A stretch of DNA of 43,042 nt from Bacillota bacterium (GTDB lineage Bacteria; Bacillota; Clostridia; Peptostreptococcales; Anaerovoracaceae). Where the stretch lies: the NCBI GenBank assembly GCA_029266295.1, contig JAQSXD010000001.1, positions 1-43,042 on the forward strand, in the 5' to 3' direction. The position numbers were made by a program, and so were the translations under genes. Positions 29,001 to 37,452 of the stretch are shown one piece after another (positions within the stretch are counted from its first letter, which is position 1; each line of letters starts with the position of its first letter). The notes under the pieces were generated by a model. That model worked only from the letters and a program-made list of their open reading frames with translations, searched no databases and had not been told where the DNA came from.

Positions 29001-30574
29001 AGCGGCGGAACTTCACCGGGAATTCCTCCATGATCTTGCCAATATTTCTCAAATTCATTCCAGCCGCCGGATCTAGAACTTTGACGACGATAGACGCCTA
29101 CGTTGTCTAAATATACACCGTCAAATCCCTGGTTAATAATCCGATCAATGGAAGATGTGTTGTCTCCGGTAGCGATATTTTTATATTTGCCGCCGCCGTT
29201 GATAATAATGTCTCTCCACTCCGGGTGCCACCACTGCACTACCGCTTCTTCGGCATAGTTTCCGCCGTAACCCAAGGCCAGCCACTCCGGAGCGTTTTCC
29301 GGAGGTGAATAAACAAAATTCGGTTTCGTACCGGTTATCTTGCCGGACTTCATACTCCGTTCTGTATTCGGATTGGCGGGGTCTACCCATACCCAATCAT
29401 TCTGGCAGTACCAGCGGTTCTGCTCCGCAGAGCCGATGCTCAAATACGCAATGACCTGCCGCCTGCCGCCGCCCGGTTTAACCTTTAGGCTATTGATCTC
29501 TGCCTTTGTAAGCGGTGTTTGGTTGTTCGGCAATGCTCTATGATTGTAAAACGAGTCAATATATATAACATCATAGTCTGAGTTCCTGAGCGCGTTAAGC
29601 CAAGTCTCTCTTCCTGCATTTTCAGGGAGACCTGCTTCTCTCCACCACCAGTCCCATTGATCCCCATATAAACGGATCACGTTGGTGACATCTTCTGGTT
29701 TTCCATCTTCGCCAGCCATCGGTTGATATTGACCACCTGCTGAAGGAACCAGCAAGCCATCACCGTATGAGTCATAGATTCTAGTCCTGTCGCCGTCTTC
29801 GCCTTCTGCAACAACTGCTGCTTCTTCATCGTCCCATGTATCCCAAGCATCATAAGGCCGGCTGTTGATGTTGTACAGGTAGTTTTGTGCGTCAGTCAGT
29901 TGATCGACATTCCTCTCGCTGTCTATTGTGGTGATTGCGTCTTCTGTGTCTTTATCAAATTTATAAATACCTATTTTTTTCGGATCCTCGACCCAAAAGT
30001 AATCCCCATTTTCCGCCCAGCGCTCGCCAGGGAATAATTGTTGAGCCAACTCCCCTCCGATCCGCGGATACGGAAGAATGCCCCATGCACTGGCTCTGGC
30101 GTAATACGCTTCAAGATCCGCTGCGGTCTCAACAGTAGAAGTTTCAGTAACCATTAAGCCTTGTTTCACTAATTCTATGTATGATTTTTGCTCATCAGTC
30201 GGGTCATTTACATCATCACCGTCAAAAATCATCTCTTCTTTGCCCCAGCCATCAACTAAAGAGATGAGGCTCGTCAGCACGCCATTATCCACATCTCCGT
30301 CTATAAAAGCCAGCTCAGCCGCGTCTTGCGGAATAATTTTAAAGTCTGGATTTCTAGACTTCGCATGGAGGGCAAGTTCCATTATAAACGCCTGCATCTT
30401 GTGGGTGCGCCCAACCAGTCCGGGTTCACTCGCATAGAGATTCTTAATCTCCTCCCTTAGGGCCGTATCCGTTGTTGGCAGATCGTCGGCAAACGCGGGA
30501 ACCGCGCTGAAGGTCAGCAGCAGCGTTAGGATTAGCAAGCAGGAGATTGCTTGCTTGAATCGTCTCTTCATCAT
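26033..30574 (-). CDS. SLH-anchored multidomain glycoside hydrolase: GH114/TM1410/PelA-like module, DUF4874/DUF4832-like module, three SLH repeats
   Basis: Signal peptide ending AFA; KIIPQD, DGWGKEE, YDVIYID, VIAYLSIGSAE, WWHPEW, GFDGVYLD; then NPDRGFY, VRFSY, GIFGPWGEMH, FFND, GGE, LGYRLVL, NVGFG; SLH motifs TRGM, TREQ, TRAE. Confidence 0.85.
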   Translation of the reverse strand: MMKRRFKQAISCLLILTLLLTFSAVPAFADDLPTTDTALREEIKNLYASEPGLVGRTHKMQAFIMELALHAKSRNPDFKIIPQDAAELAFIDGDVDNGVLTSLISLVDGWGKEEMIFDGDDVNDPTDEQKSYIELVKQGLMVTETSTVETAADLEAYYARASAWGILPYPRIGGELAQQLFPGERWAENGDYFWVEDPKKIGIYKFDKDTEDAITTIDSERNVDQLTDAQNYLYNINSRPYDAWDTWDDEEAAVVAEGEDGDRTRIYDSYGDGLLVPSAGGQYQPMAGEDGKPEDVTNVIRLYGDQWDWWWREAGLPENAGRETWLNALRNSDYDVIYIDSFYNHRALPNNQTPLTKAEINSLKVKPGGGRRQVIAYLSIGSAEQNRWYCQNDWVWVDPANPNTERSMKSGKITGTKPNFVYSPPENAPEWLALGYGGNYAEEAVVQWWHPEWRDIIINGGGKYKNIATGDNTSSIDRIINQGFDGVYLDNVGVYRRQSSRSGGWNEFEKYWQDHGGIPGEVPPLVSQNLDYTENPIDIPNPDRGFYRANDGMIVPVSGSGTGTMNVGNSPVTVGDAQVTTRISHVYFDLRNFSSNAFTSRGARYNSAYRAPAEVSIKSRPGDLEPFDYDTHFDYWQSNVLPSWPHGVSQPLTEDALAYIREKLQQVRNGNGVTLVRFSYDGAGYGWVDVDHPQDGYIDRPVADIEPDKATILAHIAQLKPILHEYEDVIMGVDAGIFGPWGEMHSTSFGTSPEAYAWLLNAWLDAVPESRSIVVQGGAFLSWYNAAYGKNYTFETIDQIPAPKQGTPEARFGFFNDSYAYGEDEGDNYPNDWGSLSEGAGWPGNPLGDAESYDRGRVMTWIRHQNNLYGGEAQGDETHWNTYPFVAWEASYAQTVYLNADYEKSVHDRWGDFEYTEENVTKKMTNAYAEPYKTEYAVFDPVYDGRTGAEYWRDRLGYRLVLRKANASEWVAQNGILKFEGKIQNVGFGNIVNKKNVSVIMKSKANGEAYKVLTNLDARDWRPDLDSRASNTNAYRDLSLSINMGAFGEIPLGEYDIYLKINDPKETTANKRSIRFANKGDGIWDEGLGANLIGSTTVNPAQTSNDDADIAFAKAAVEHATYTTTQADVGTEVKALEKINEIINKISLRGARAKVSKVSYTAAVAGTNGNRAGVDGSYVFTVTLNKGLGTELVTKELTLTITATPYSRGGGGGTVPPAVTGQTTTTETLKGGAVVITTTDNATGAQKITVKSPDGTVTELNKPKSGSMSGTVTLGSNEKATVVSIPMKDADGGTVAIITHKDGTEEIIKGSVANDGMLYVPVNSDVTIKIVQNGMDFADTNRSVWAKDAIAFVTAREMFFGTSKQEFSPNRAMTRGMLATVLYRLEGEPSVGANYFTDVAEGKYYTDAVTWAAQSGIVAGVGDNRFAQESGITREQLVTMLYRYAGSPAVSGSLASFNDAGQVSDWANPAFVWAIEQGITQGRTNTSIVPGDNATRAEVAAMLQRFVTAATKN

Positions 30575-30649
30575 GTGCTCCTTTCAGTTTTTTACATTAT
30601 TTATGTGATTGCAAAACTTCAGAAAGCATCGAATAGGTTGACTGGAAAA

Positions 30650-31480
30650 TCATTTACTCCCCGTAAGAGCAATCCCTTTGATAAAGTGTTTTTGAAAAAC
30701 GAGGAATACAATGGTTACCGGCATCATTACTAGCGCCGCCGCCGCCATGGTTGCGCTCAGATCGTTACCATGCTGTGTGGAGAAAAAGGATAGGGCCACA
30801 GGCAGCGTCATGCTGTCTACTTTTTCCAGCATTATGAGCGGTCTGAGATAATCATTCCAGCTCTCCAGGAATGTGAATATTGCAAGAGCGGCAAGACATG
30901 GCCGTAAAAGCGGAAGAATAATCGTAAAGTAGATTCGAAAATCACCCGCCCCGTCAATTTTTGCTGCCTCACAGATGCTATCTGGAATATCTTCACAGAA
31001 TTGACGGCACAAAAATATGCCAAATCCAGACACCATCATGGGCACAATGAGTGCCGCAAGGGAATCATAAAGCCCTAATTTGTTGACAATGAGGAAGTTG
31101 GGTATCATGGTAACAGAAAATGGCACCATCATGGAAGCAAGAATAAGCCAAAACAATAGATTCTTAAGGCGGAACTGATATTTTGCAAAGATATACCCGG
31201 TAAGGGAACTGGTAAACAGGACAAGCAGCGTGACCGAAACGGATACTAGTAGGCTGTTTGTGAACCATATGAAGAAAGGGGATCTGGTGAGTACTTTAAT
31301 ATAGCCGTTGATACTCCATTGAATCGGCAGAATTTTATCCGGGTTTTTCATGATCTCTGGCGTGCTTTTAAACGACGTGAGAAGCATCCAAATATAGGGC
31401 ATCACAACAGCAAAAATCACAACAGCCGCTATGAGCATGCCCATGATACGGAGGGGCGTTATTTTTTTTCTATGGATCAT
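30650..31480 (-). CDS. Carbohydrate ABC transporter permease (MalG-like)
   Basis: TSFK, F.NS, EAAKIDGA loop, WNDYLRP. Confidence 0.94.
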   Translation of the reverse strand: MIHRKKITPLRIMGMLIAAVVIFAVVMPYIWMLLTSFKSTPEIMKNPDKILPIQWSINGYIKVLTRSPFFIWFTNSLLVSVSVTLLVLFTSSLTGYIFAKYQFRLKNLLFWLILASMMVPFSVTMIPNFLIVNKLGLYDSLAALIVPMMVSGFGIFLCRQFCEDIPDSICEAAKIDGAGDFRIYFTIILPLLRPCLAALAIFTFLESWNDYLRPLIMLEKVDSMTLPVALSFFSTQHGNDLSATMAAAALVMMPVTIVFLVFQKHFIKGIALTGSK

Positions 31481-31481
31481 G

Positions 31482-32372
31482 TTAGTACCTCCAATCCGAA
31501 CGGCTGATGCGCTGGGATATAACGGTTACAATCAGGATTATGAGAAACAGAACCAGTGCAATGGCAGAGGCATATCCCATGTTCTTGTATTTAAACGCCT
31601 CTTTGTATATTTCCAATGTCAGCACCATGCCTACATTATTGGGTCCGCCTCCGCCCGGACTGCCGGCAGACCGTCCCATGATCTCAAATTGTGCAAACAT
31701 CTGAAAATGGGAGATTAGGGTCATGGTAACGATAAAAGCGGTGGTACGTCCCAAGAGAGGCAGGGTTATGAAAAAAAATCTCCGCACCGGCCCAGCACCG
31801 TCAATTGCTGCCGCTTCTATAAAGTCATGAGGAATGCCGTCCATCCCCGCCGAAAAGATGATGATGTTATAGCCGATATCGGCCCAAAGAGTAAAAAGAA
31901 TGATTGAAGGGAGCAACCATGCCGGATCTCCCAACCAGTTATGCGCGGGAAGTCCCAGATGTCCAAGGATATTGTTAAACAGTCCATATTTATTGGCATA
32001 CATCACTTTCCAAACCAGACTGGACGCTGCCAGGGGGGCAACAATAGGCATAAAGAAAATCATCCGCGTGAAAGATCGTGTTCGATTCGAACGCATTGAG
32101 CTGATGGCCTGTGCAATCAGGAGCGCAAGTACGATGTTCAGCGAAACCGTGACAAGTACAAAGATCACCGTGTTTTTCAACGCAATAAGAAACACTCCGT
32201 CACTGGCAAGTTTCTTGAAGTTTTCAAGGCCAATGAAGGGGCTGCTGACTGCCAGTGGATTATAATCAAAGAGGGAAATCCCAAGTCCAATTAAAATAGG
32301 CAACAGGGTAAATACGATCATGCAGATAAAAATCGGGGTCAGAATTGTATAGACAAATCTATTGTTTTTCAT
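31482..32372 (-). CDS. Carbohydrate ABC transporter permease (MalF-like)
   Basis: FIGLENF, EAAAIDGA, MGYASA; GGAGG RBS supports ATG 32372. Confidence 0.94.
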   Translation of the reverse strand: MKNNRFVYTILTPIFICMIVFTLLPILIGLGISLFDYNPLAVSSPFIGLENFKKLASDGVFLIALKNTVIFVLVTVSLNIVLALLIAQAISSMRSNRTRSFTRMIFFMPIVAPLAASSLVWKVMYANKYGLFNNILGHLGLPAHNWLGDPAWLLPSIILFTLWADIGYNIIIFSAGMDGIPHDFIEAAAIDGAGPVRRFFFITLPLLGRTTAFIVTMTLISHFQMFAQFEIMGRSAGSPGGGGPNNVGMVLTLEIYKEAFKYKNMGYASAIALVLFLIILIVTVISQRISRSDWRY

Positions 32373-32448
32373 ATCAACCTCCAGCTGGGATTGGGAGAGA
32401 CCTTTATCCAAATCTTAATAAGGATGGACAAAGGCCTCATAAATGCAT

Positions 32449-33723
32449 CTATTGAATGTCCTGATTCAGCTTAAGAACAGCAGCATCAATGGGTGTATCA
32501 TTCTGAATAATATCCGCATACATGTTGCAGATAGACTCTTTCAGAACATCCGTGTTGATAGGTCCTACAAAGGATGCACCATCCAGAACATCCAAGATGG
32601 GTTTCGAATAAGGTACGGCTTTTACATAAGCCGGATCATGTGCAACAGATTTGCGCGGGGGGATCATACCCCGGTCTATGTTGAGCTGCACCAGGTTTTC
32701 CGGTCGTAAACAGAAGGAGATAAACTTCCAGGCCGCCTCGGTATTTGCTGAACCGCTGTTGACAGCCAGTCCCCAGCCGGTCTCGGCTGCCCAGCGCTTT
32801 TCCGTTCCATAGAAGGGCATTGGCACATAGTCGAATTCTTCTCCATAGGTGATATCGAATTCTTCCTCTCCGACCGGAATGCTCCAGATACCTCTCGGTA
32901 CCATTAATGCCTGATCAAGGAAGAGCCAATGGAAGTTTTCGATATCTGAACCGGACAGTCCCTCTATATTCGTAACCTTATTGACTTTCACATAGTCAAC
33001 GAGTTTCTTCAGAGTCTCCTTTGCAATTGGTGTATCAAAATTGAATGTATCGCCCTCCAGGTAGGTGCCGCCGGAGGACAAAATCATCGATAGCCAAGTA
33101 TATGGGAGGGAGTCAAAGGAGATAAAATCAAATCCTCTCATATCAAAGATGTCACCTTTTGAAACAGAATTCTTCGTAGCAAGGGAAATCATCTCATCCC
33201 AAGTATCGGGATAGGATAGATTATGTTCATCAAAATAGGGTTTATTTACCAGCATACCGCCATACTCAGCGTTAAACTCCATCGGTACGCCGTAGTAAGC
33301 ACCGTCATGTTCAAATGCGCCCAGCACTGGTTCATAACAATCGTCGAGTAAATCGTTCAGCAGTTCGTCCGGCACGGGCGAAAATACCCCGGTAGGTGCA
33401 AATTCATAGGCCCAACCGCCCCAAAGCTCATAAATGTCCGCGCCTCCTGACTTAGAGAGCAGCGAAGTCTGCACCTTCTGCTCAAAATCGTCATAGGGAT
33501 ATGCCTCAACTTCAATTTTGATGTCAGGGTATTCTTCCTCAAACGCCGCAATTAATTTGTCGTTGGAAACATTCCATGGTGTTTCCAGGTGTGTCCAGTA
33601 TTTCAGAGTGATGGTTTCACCATCAGAGACTTTGCCTTTTGTGGTTTGGCTTTTCTGACAGCCGGTCAGCAGTAAACCCGGCAGCATGAATGCAAGCAGC
33701 AAACAGATAAGTTTCCTTTTCAT
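32449..33723 (-). CDS. Carbohydrate ABC transporter solute-binding lipoprotein
   Basis: Lipobox LTGC; FEEEYPDIKIE, DGAYYGVP, AAWKFI family-1 SBP motifs. Confidence 0.93.
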   Translation of the reverse strand: MKRKLICLLLAFMLPGLLLTGCQKSQTTKGKVSDGETITLKYWTHLETPWNVSNDKLIAAFEEEYPDIKIEVEAYPYDDFEQKVQTSLLSKSGGADIYELWGGWAYEFAPTGVFSPVPDELLNDLLDDCYEPVLGAFEHDGAYYGVPMEFNAEYGGMLVNKPYFDEHNLSYPDTWDEMISLATKNSVSKGDIFDMRGFDFISFDSLPYTWLSMILSSGGTYLEGDTFNFDTPIAKETLKKLVDYVKVNKVTNIEGLSGSDIENFHWLFLDQALMVPRGIWSIPVGEEEFDITYGEEFDYVPMPFYGTEKRWAAETGWGLAVNSGSANTEAAWKFISFCLRPENLVQLNIDRGMIPPRKSVAHDPAYVKAVPYSKPILDVLDGASFVGPINTDVLKESICNMYADIIQNDTPIDAAVLKLNQDIQ

Positions 33724-33797
33724 ATCATTCCCTCCAGAATAAAATCGTTTGTGTCAACTTATTTGGTCACGTTGGCATAAAACATCAAGCTCCCAGG

Positions 33798-35132
33798 CTA
33801 TAGCGTAAGTGAGTTAAAATAGCCAAGAAAATCTTTGTTTTTTAACAACATCTCCTGAGTCATATCACGAATTTCAGCCATAGACAGCACGCTGGCTGTC
33901 AGCGGATCGAACAGAATGGATTGAAATACCTTTCGAGGATCGCCTTCCAGCGCAGCTGTGACCGCCAATTCCTCACAACGCGCAGAAGTATTCACAAGCA
34001 CAGCGAGATGGTCCGGAAGCGGCCCAACGCTGAATGGTCGAATTCCCTCTTTGGAAGCCAGCATCGGCACCTCAACACATGCGCCTCGGGGCAAATTTCT
34101 GATTAGCCCTTCGGTATTGAGTAGATTTCCATTGAAACCAAAGGGCGTATGGTCACCAAACAGTGCATTAAAGATATTGGAGGCATATTCCTCTCCTCTG
34201 GCCAGATCGACATCAGGAGAATCCAACATCGCTTGAAACTGTGCCTCCCATGTATTCTCTTTTTCTATGTATTCTTTGAGAACATAGGCATACTCGCCCG
34301 GGTTCCATCCCGTCCCATGCGTACAATACGTTTCAATTAAATCGGGGCGCTTACGAAACCATGCGTTGTACTCTGAGTTGTGCCCCGAGGACTCTGTGGG
34401 ATAATAATCAAGATGCAGAAACATCTCGTTACGCACAGGTTCTTCCTTTGCGATTTCCGGCCGGTTACTTACAGCCTCTTTAAGCAGCGGGTAGGCGTCC
34501 TTTCCCTTCCAATTAAAATCCAGATAAAATGCTTGATGATTAATACCGGCGCACGTGTATGTGATATCATCAGTGGATGCGCCAAGCCAGCTTGCCAGCA
34601 TACCTGCAGTCCCTTGAACGCTGTGACAAAGGCCCGTGATCTGCACCTTCGTCTGCCTCTGCAGATACGCGCACAAAAGTGCCATGGGGTTTGTGTAATT
34701 GAGCACGATCGCTTTGGGACAAAGCTCCTCAACGTCATGGATAATGTCCAGCATGACGGGGGCGGTTCTCAAAAAACGAAAAATGCCCGACGGCCCTCTG
34801 GTATCGCCCACACAGATGTCCACACCATACTTTTTCGGTATTTCAATATCGTGTCTCCATACATCAACGCCGCCTTGCAGAATGGTAATCAGTACGCCGT
34901 CTGAATCGGCAAGTGCCTGCCTGCGATCAGCGGTCGGATGTACAGTAGCTGCGTAACCGCCGCGACGAATCAGCTTTTCCAACGCCTTGGCTGCATAAGC
35001 CAATCTGCCTTCATGGATATCTACGAGATGAAATTCGGCATCACGGAAACATTCGAAGCTTAGAATATCCCTGGCCAAGTCCTGCGTAAAATCCAATGAT
35101 CCCGCACCGATAAATGTAAATTTTCGTTTCAT
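33798..35132 (-). CDS. melA: Family 4 glycoside hydrolase, MelA-like alpha-galactosidase subgroup (NAD+/Mn2+-dependent)
   Basis: FIGAGS, DIEIPKKYG...GDTRGPSG, LNYTNPM, GLCHSV, AGINH, TESSGHNSEY. Confidence 0.88.
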   Translation of the reverse strand: MKRKFTFIGAGSLDFTQDLARDILSFECFRDAEFHLVDIHEGRLAYAAKALEKLIRRGGYAATVHPTADRRQALADSDGVLITILQGGVDVWRHDIEIPKKYGVDICVGDTRGPSGIFRFLRTAPVMLDIIHDVEELCPKAIVLNYTNPMALLCAYLQRQTKVQITGLCHSVQGTAGMLASWLGASTDDITYTCAGINHQAFYLDFNWKGKDAYPLLKEAVSNRPEIAKEEPVRNEMFLHLDYYPTESSGHNSEYNAWFRKRPDLIETYCTHGTGWNPGEYAYVLKEYIEKENTWEAQFQAMLDSPDVDLARGEEYASNIFNALFGDHTPFGFNGNLLNTEGLIRNLPRGACVEVPMLASKEGIRPFSVGPLPDHLAVLVNTSARCEELAVTAALEGDPRKVFQSILFDPLTASVLSMAEIRDMTQEMLLKNKDFLGYFNSLTL

Positions 35133-35192
35133 TTAAAACCCCTTCCATTTATAAAACATTCTGTTGTTACCGAAATAACTTAAAAGCGCAAC

Positions 35193-35232
35193 TTGTTATG
35201 ACAATATTACCATGTGTTTTTTTCAATGTCAA
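35193..35232 (-). promoter_or_regulatory. SigmaA promoter and GntR-type operator of the GH4-ABC-surface hydrolase operon
   Basis: TTGACA (35232-35227), 17 bp, extended TGG-TAATAT (-10 at 35209-35204); near-palindrome TTGTTATGACAA at 35193-35204. Confidence 0.75.
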
Positions 35233-35270
35233 TTTCCCTAGAATATTTTTTATTTTTTAAATTAACTATG

Positions 35271-35325
35271 TTGCAATTACAGACTTCTCGTGTTACAATG
35301 TCGCTAAAGGTTATAACGTTATAAT
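35271..35325 (+). promoter_or_regulatory. SigmaA promoter and GntR-type operator of the gntR-kbaZ-SIS-pfkB operon
   Basis: TTGCAA (35271-35276), 17 bp, extended TGT-TACAAT (-10 at 35294-35299); GTTATAAC GTTATAAT at 35310-35325. Confidence 0.75.
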
Positions 35326-35354
35326 AACAATACCAGTTAGGAGATCGAAACCAA

Positions 35355-36080
35355 ATGGAAAAAGATATATCGCGGAATATTCCCATATCACTCTACTATC
35401 AGTTGAAAGAAGAATTGATGAAAAAGATCATTTCAAAGCAATGGCCCCCCGGAGAAAAAATCCCCTCAGAGAAAGAACTTTGCAGTCTTTATGGGGTGAG
35501 CCGCATCACTGTGAGAAAAGCGCTGGATGAGCTTGAGCGTTCAGGCCACTTGGTACGCCGTCAAGGAAAGGGAACTTTTGTAACAAACATATCATTCGAA
35601 CAGAGGCTGTCTAAGTTTTACTCGTTTAGCGAAGAGTTGAAGCAGCGAGGTATGGAGGAACATTCCCGGGTGATTCACTTTGATCAAATTCCTGCAGAAA
35701 GCGAGATTGCCACCCACCTTGGTCTGGAGCCCCAGAGCCAAGTCTTTAAGCTCACTCGACTCAGATTGGTTGACAACACGCCATACACGCTGGAGACTTC
35801 CTATATTCCAGTGGAGGTGTGCCCAAGCCTCACGGAAGAAAATATCTCGAGCAAAGGACTCTACAATGCCATGCGGCTAGACGGAGTTTTTCCCGACAGG
35901 GTGATTGAGAAATTCCGAGCAACAGCCCTCCGCAAGTCCGAGGCTGAGCTCATGGGTCTTAAGCTAAGAATGCCAGCGATGCATTTAGAACGTGTCACGT
36001 ATTATGGCGTGCGCACAGTGGAGTATTGCAGTTCCATCGTCCGCGGAGACTTCTTTACTTATACTGTGGAACTCCGGTAA
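35355..36080 (+). CDS. GntR family regulator, HutC/UTRA subfamily
   Basis: LYYQL...IPSEKEL...VSRITVRKAL...QGKGTFV; UTRA-type C-terminus ending RGD. Confidence 0.94.
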   Translation: MEKDISRNIPISLYYQLKEELMKKIISKQWPPGEKIPSEKELCSLYGVSRITVRKALDELERSGHLVRRQGKGTFVTNISFEQRLSKFYSFSEELKQRGMEEHSRVIHFDQIPAESEIATHLGLEPQSQVFKLTRLRLVDNTPYTLETSYIPVEVCPSLTEENISSKGLYNAMRLDGVFPDRVIEKFRATALRKSEAELMGLKLRMPAMHLERVTYYGVRTVEYCSSIVRGDFFTYTVELR

Positions 36081-36136
36081 TTGCGTTCGTCAGTCAAACG
36101 CTAGCTCTATCATGTATATATTACGAGGTAACGATT

Positions 36137-37426
36137 ATGAACCACCCGCTTCAAACGCTTCTGAACACGAGAACCCCTGATCACCCTATCGGGATTCCTT
36201 CACTTTGCAGCGCCAACGAATGGGTCATTGACGCCGGTATGTTGTGGGCTCAAAAACATCAAATCCCGCTACTGCTGGAAGCCACTGCAAATCAAGTCAA
36301 CCAATTTGGAGGCTACACAGGAATGACGCCGCAAGACTTTTTTGATTTTGTCAAGCAGCGCGCCCTAAAAAACAATTTCCCCCTTTCCGCCTTGTTTTTA
36401 GGAGGGGACCACCTGGGACCCATGGTGTGGAAGAGCGAAACAGAAGAAAGCGCCATGACCAAGGCAGAAGCCTTGGTTCGTGATTTCATAATGGCCGGAT
36501 TTACCAAAATTCATCTTGATGCCAGTATGTCCTTGGCAGACGACGATATCACCCACGGCCTGGATCCGTCCGTCGTTGCCAGACGTGCGGCACGTCTGGC
36601 CGCCGCTTGCGAGCAGGCATACATATTGCTTCACGCCAAGGATTCCGCCGCTGTCCCTCCAATCTATGTGGTAGGCAGCGAGGTACCCATCGCCGGCGGA
36701 GCCCACGACAGAGAAGACACGATCTCCGTCACCACCCCGAAAAATTTTCACGAGGAAGTTACGTTATTTCAAAATGCATTTGAAGAACTGGGGCTGCACG
36801 AGGCCTGGAAGCGAGTGATTGCTGTGGTCGTACAGCCTGGCGTAGAATTTGGCAACGACACGATAATGGACTACGATGCACAAGCCGCTTCTGCACTGTG
36901 TCATGCACTCGACGACTATCCGGGCCTGGTTTTCGAGGGTCATTCCACTGATTATCAGCGTCCCGAAGCCTTGCACACCATGATCAGCAATGGAGTTGCT
37001 ATTTTAAAAGTAGGGCCTGCGCTCACCTTTGCGCTGCGGGAGGGTCTCTATGCCCTGCAATCCATGGAAAAGATCTTGTTTTCCGACTCACCGGAAAAAC
37101 AATCGCACTATTGCGAAGTTCTGGAACGCGTCATGCGAGAGAACCCAAATTATTGGAAAGCCTATTTCGATGGTCCAGAACGCATGTTATCGATCAATCG
37201 TATTTTTGGGTTGTCAGATAGAAGCCGGTATTATCTCGGGAACCCCGAAGTAAAAGCAGCAGAGGAAAAGCTGTTACACAACTTGTCGCAAACGGACATT
37301 CCCCTGGGCCTTTTGCATCAATTTTTACCTGACCAATATCGCAAAGTGCGCCAAAATACGTTGAGCACACAGCCGTCTGCCCTTTTGCTTGATAAAATTT
37401 GTGCTCTGTTGGACGATTACCGTTAG
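36137..37426 (+). CDS. kbaZ: GatZ/KbaZ family protein (probable tagatose-6-phosphate 4-epimerase)
   Basis: SLCSAN, EATANQVNQFGGYTGM, GGDHLGP, KIHLD, GSEVP..GG, VVQPGVEF, FEGHSTDYQ, LKVGP, SDRSRYY; GAGG RBS supports ATG 36137. Confidence 0.9.
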   Translation: MNHPLQTLLNTRTPDHPIGIPSLCSANEWVIDAGMLWAQKHQIPLLLEATANQVNQFGGYTGMTPQDFFDFVKQRALKNNFPLSALFLGGDHLGPMVWKSETEESAMTKAEALVRDFIMAGFTKIHLDASMSLADDDITHGLDPSVVARRAARLAAACEQAYILLHAKDSAAVPPIYVVGSEVPIAGGAHDREDTISVTTPKNFHEEVTLFQNAFEELGLHEAWKRVIAVVVQPGVEFGNDTIMDYDAQAASALCHALDDYPGLVFEGHSTDYQRPEALHTMISNGVAILKVGPALTFALREGLYALQSMEKILFSDSPEKQSHYCEVLERVMRENPNYWKAYFDGPERMLSINRIFGLSDRSRYYLGNPEVKAAEEKLLHNLSQTDIPLGLLHQFLPDQYRKVRQNTLSTQPSALLLDKICALLDDYR

Positions 37427-37452
37427 AATTACCAAATTCAGGAGGCAAGAAA

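Noticed and set aside
26033-30574. Pel/GAG biosynthesis cluster or the main S-layer protein
   Set aside because: No glycosyltransferase, deacetylase or export genes; it is the last gene of a sugar-import operon and is mostly enzyme-like modules.
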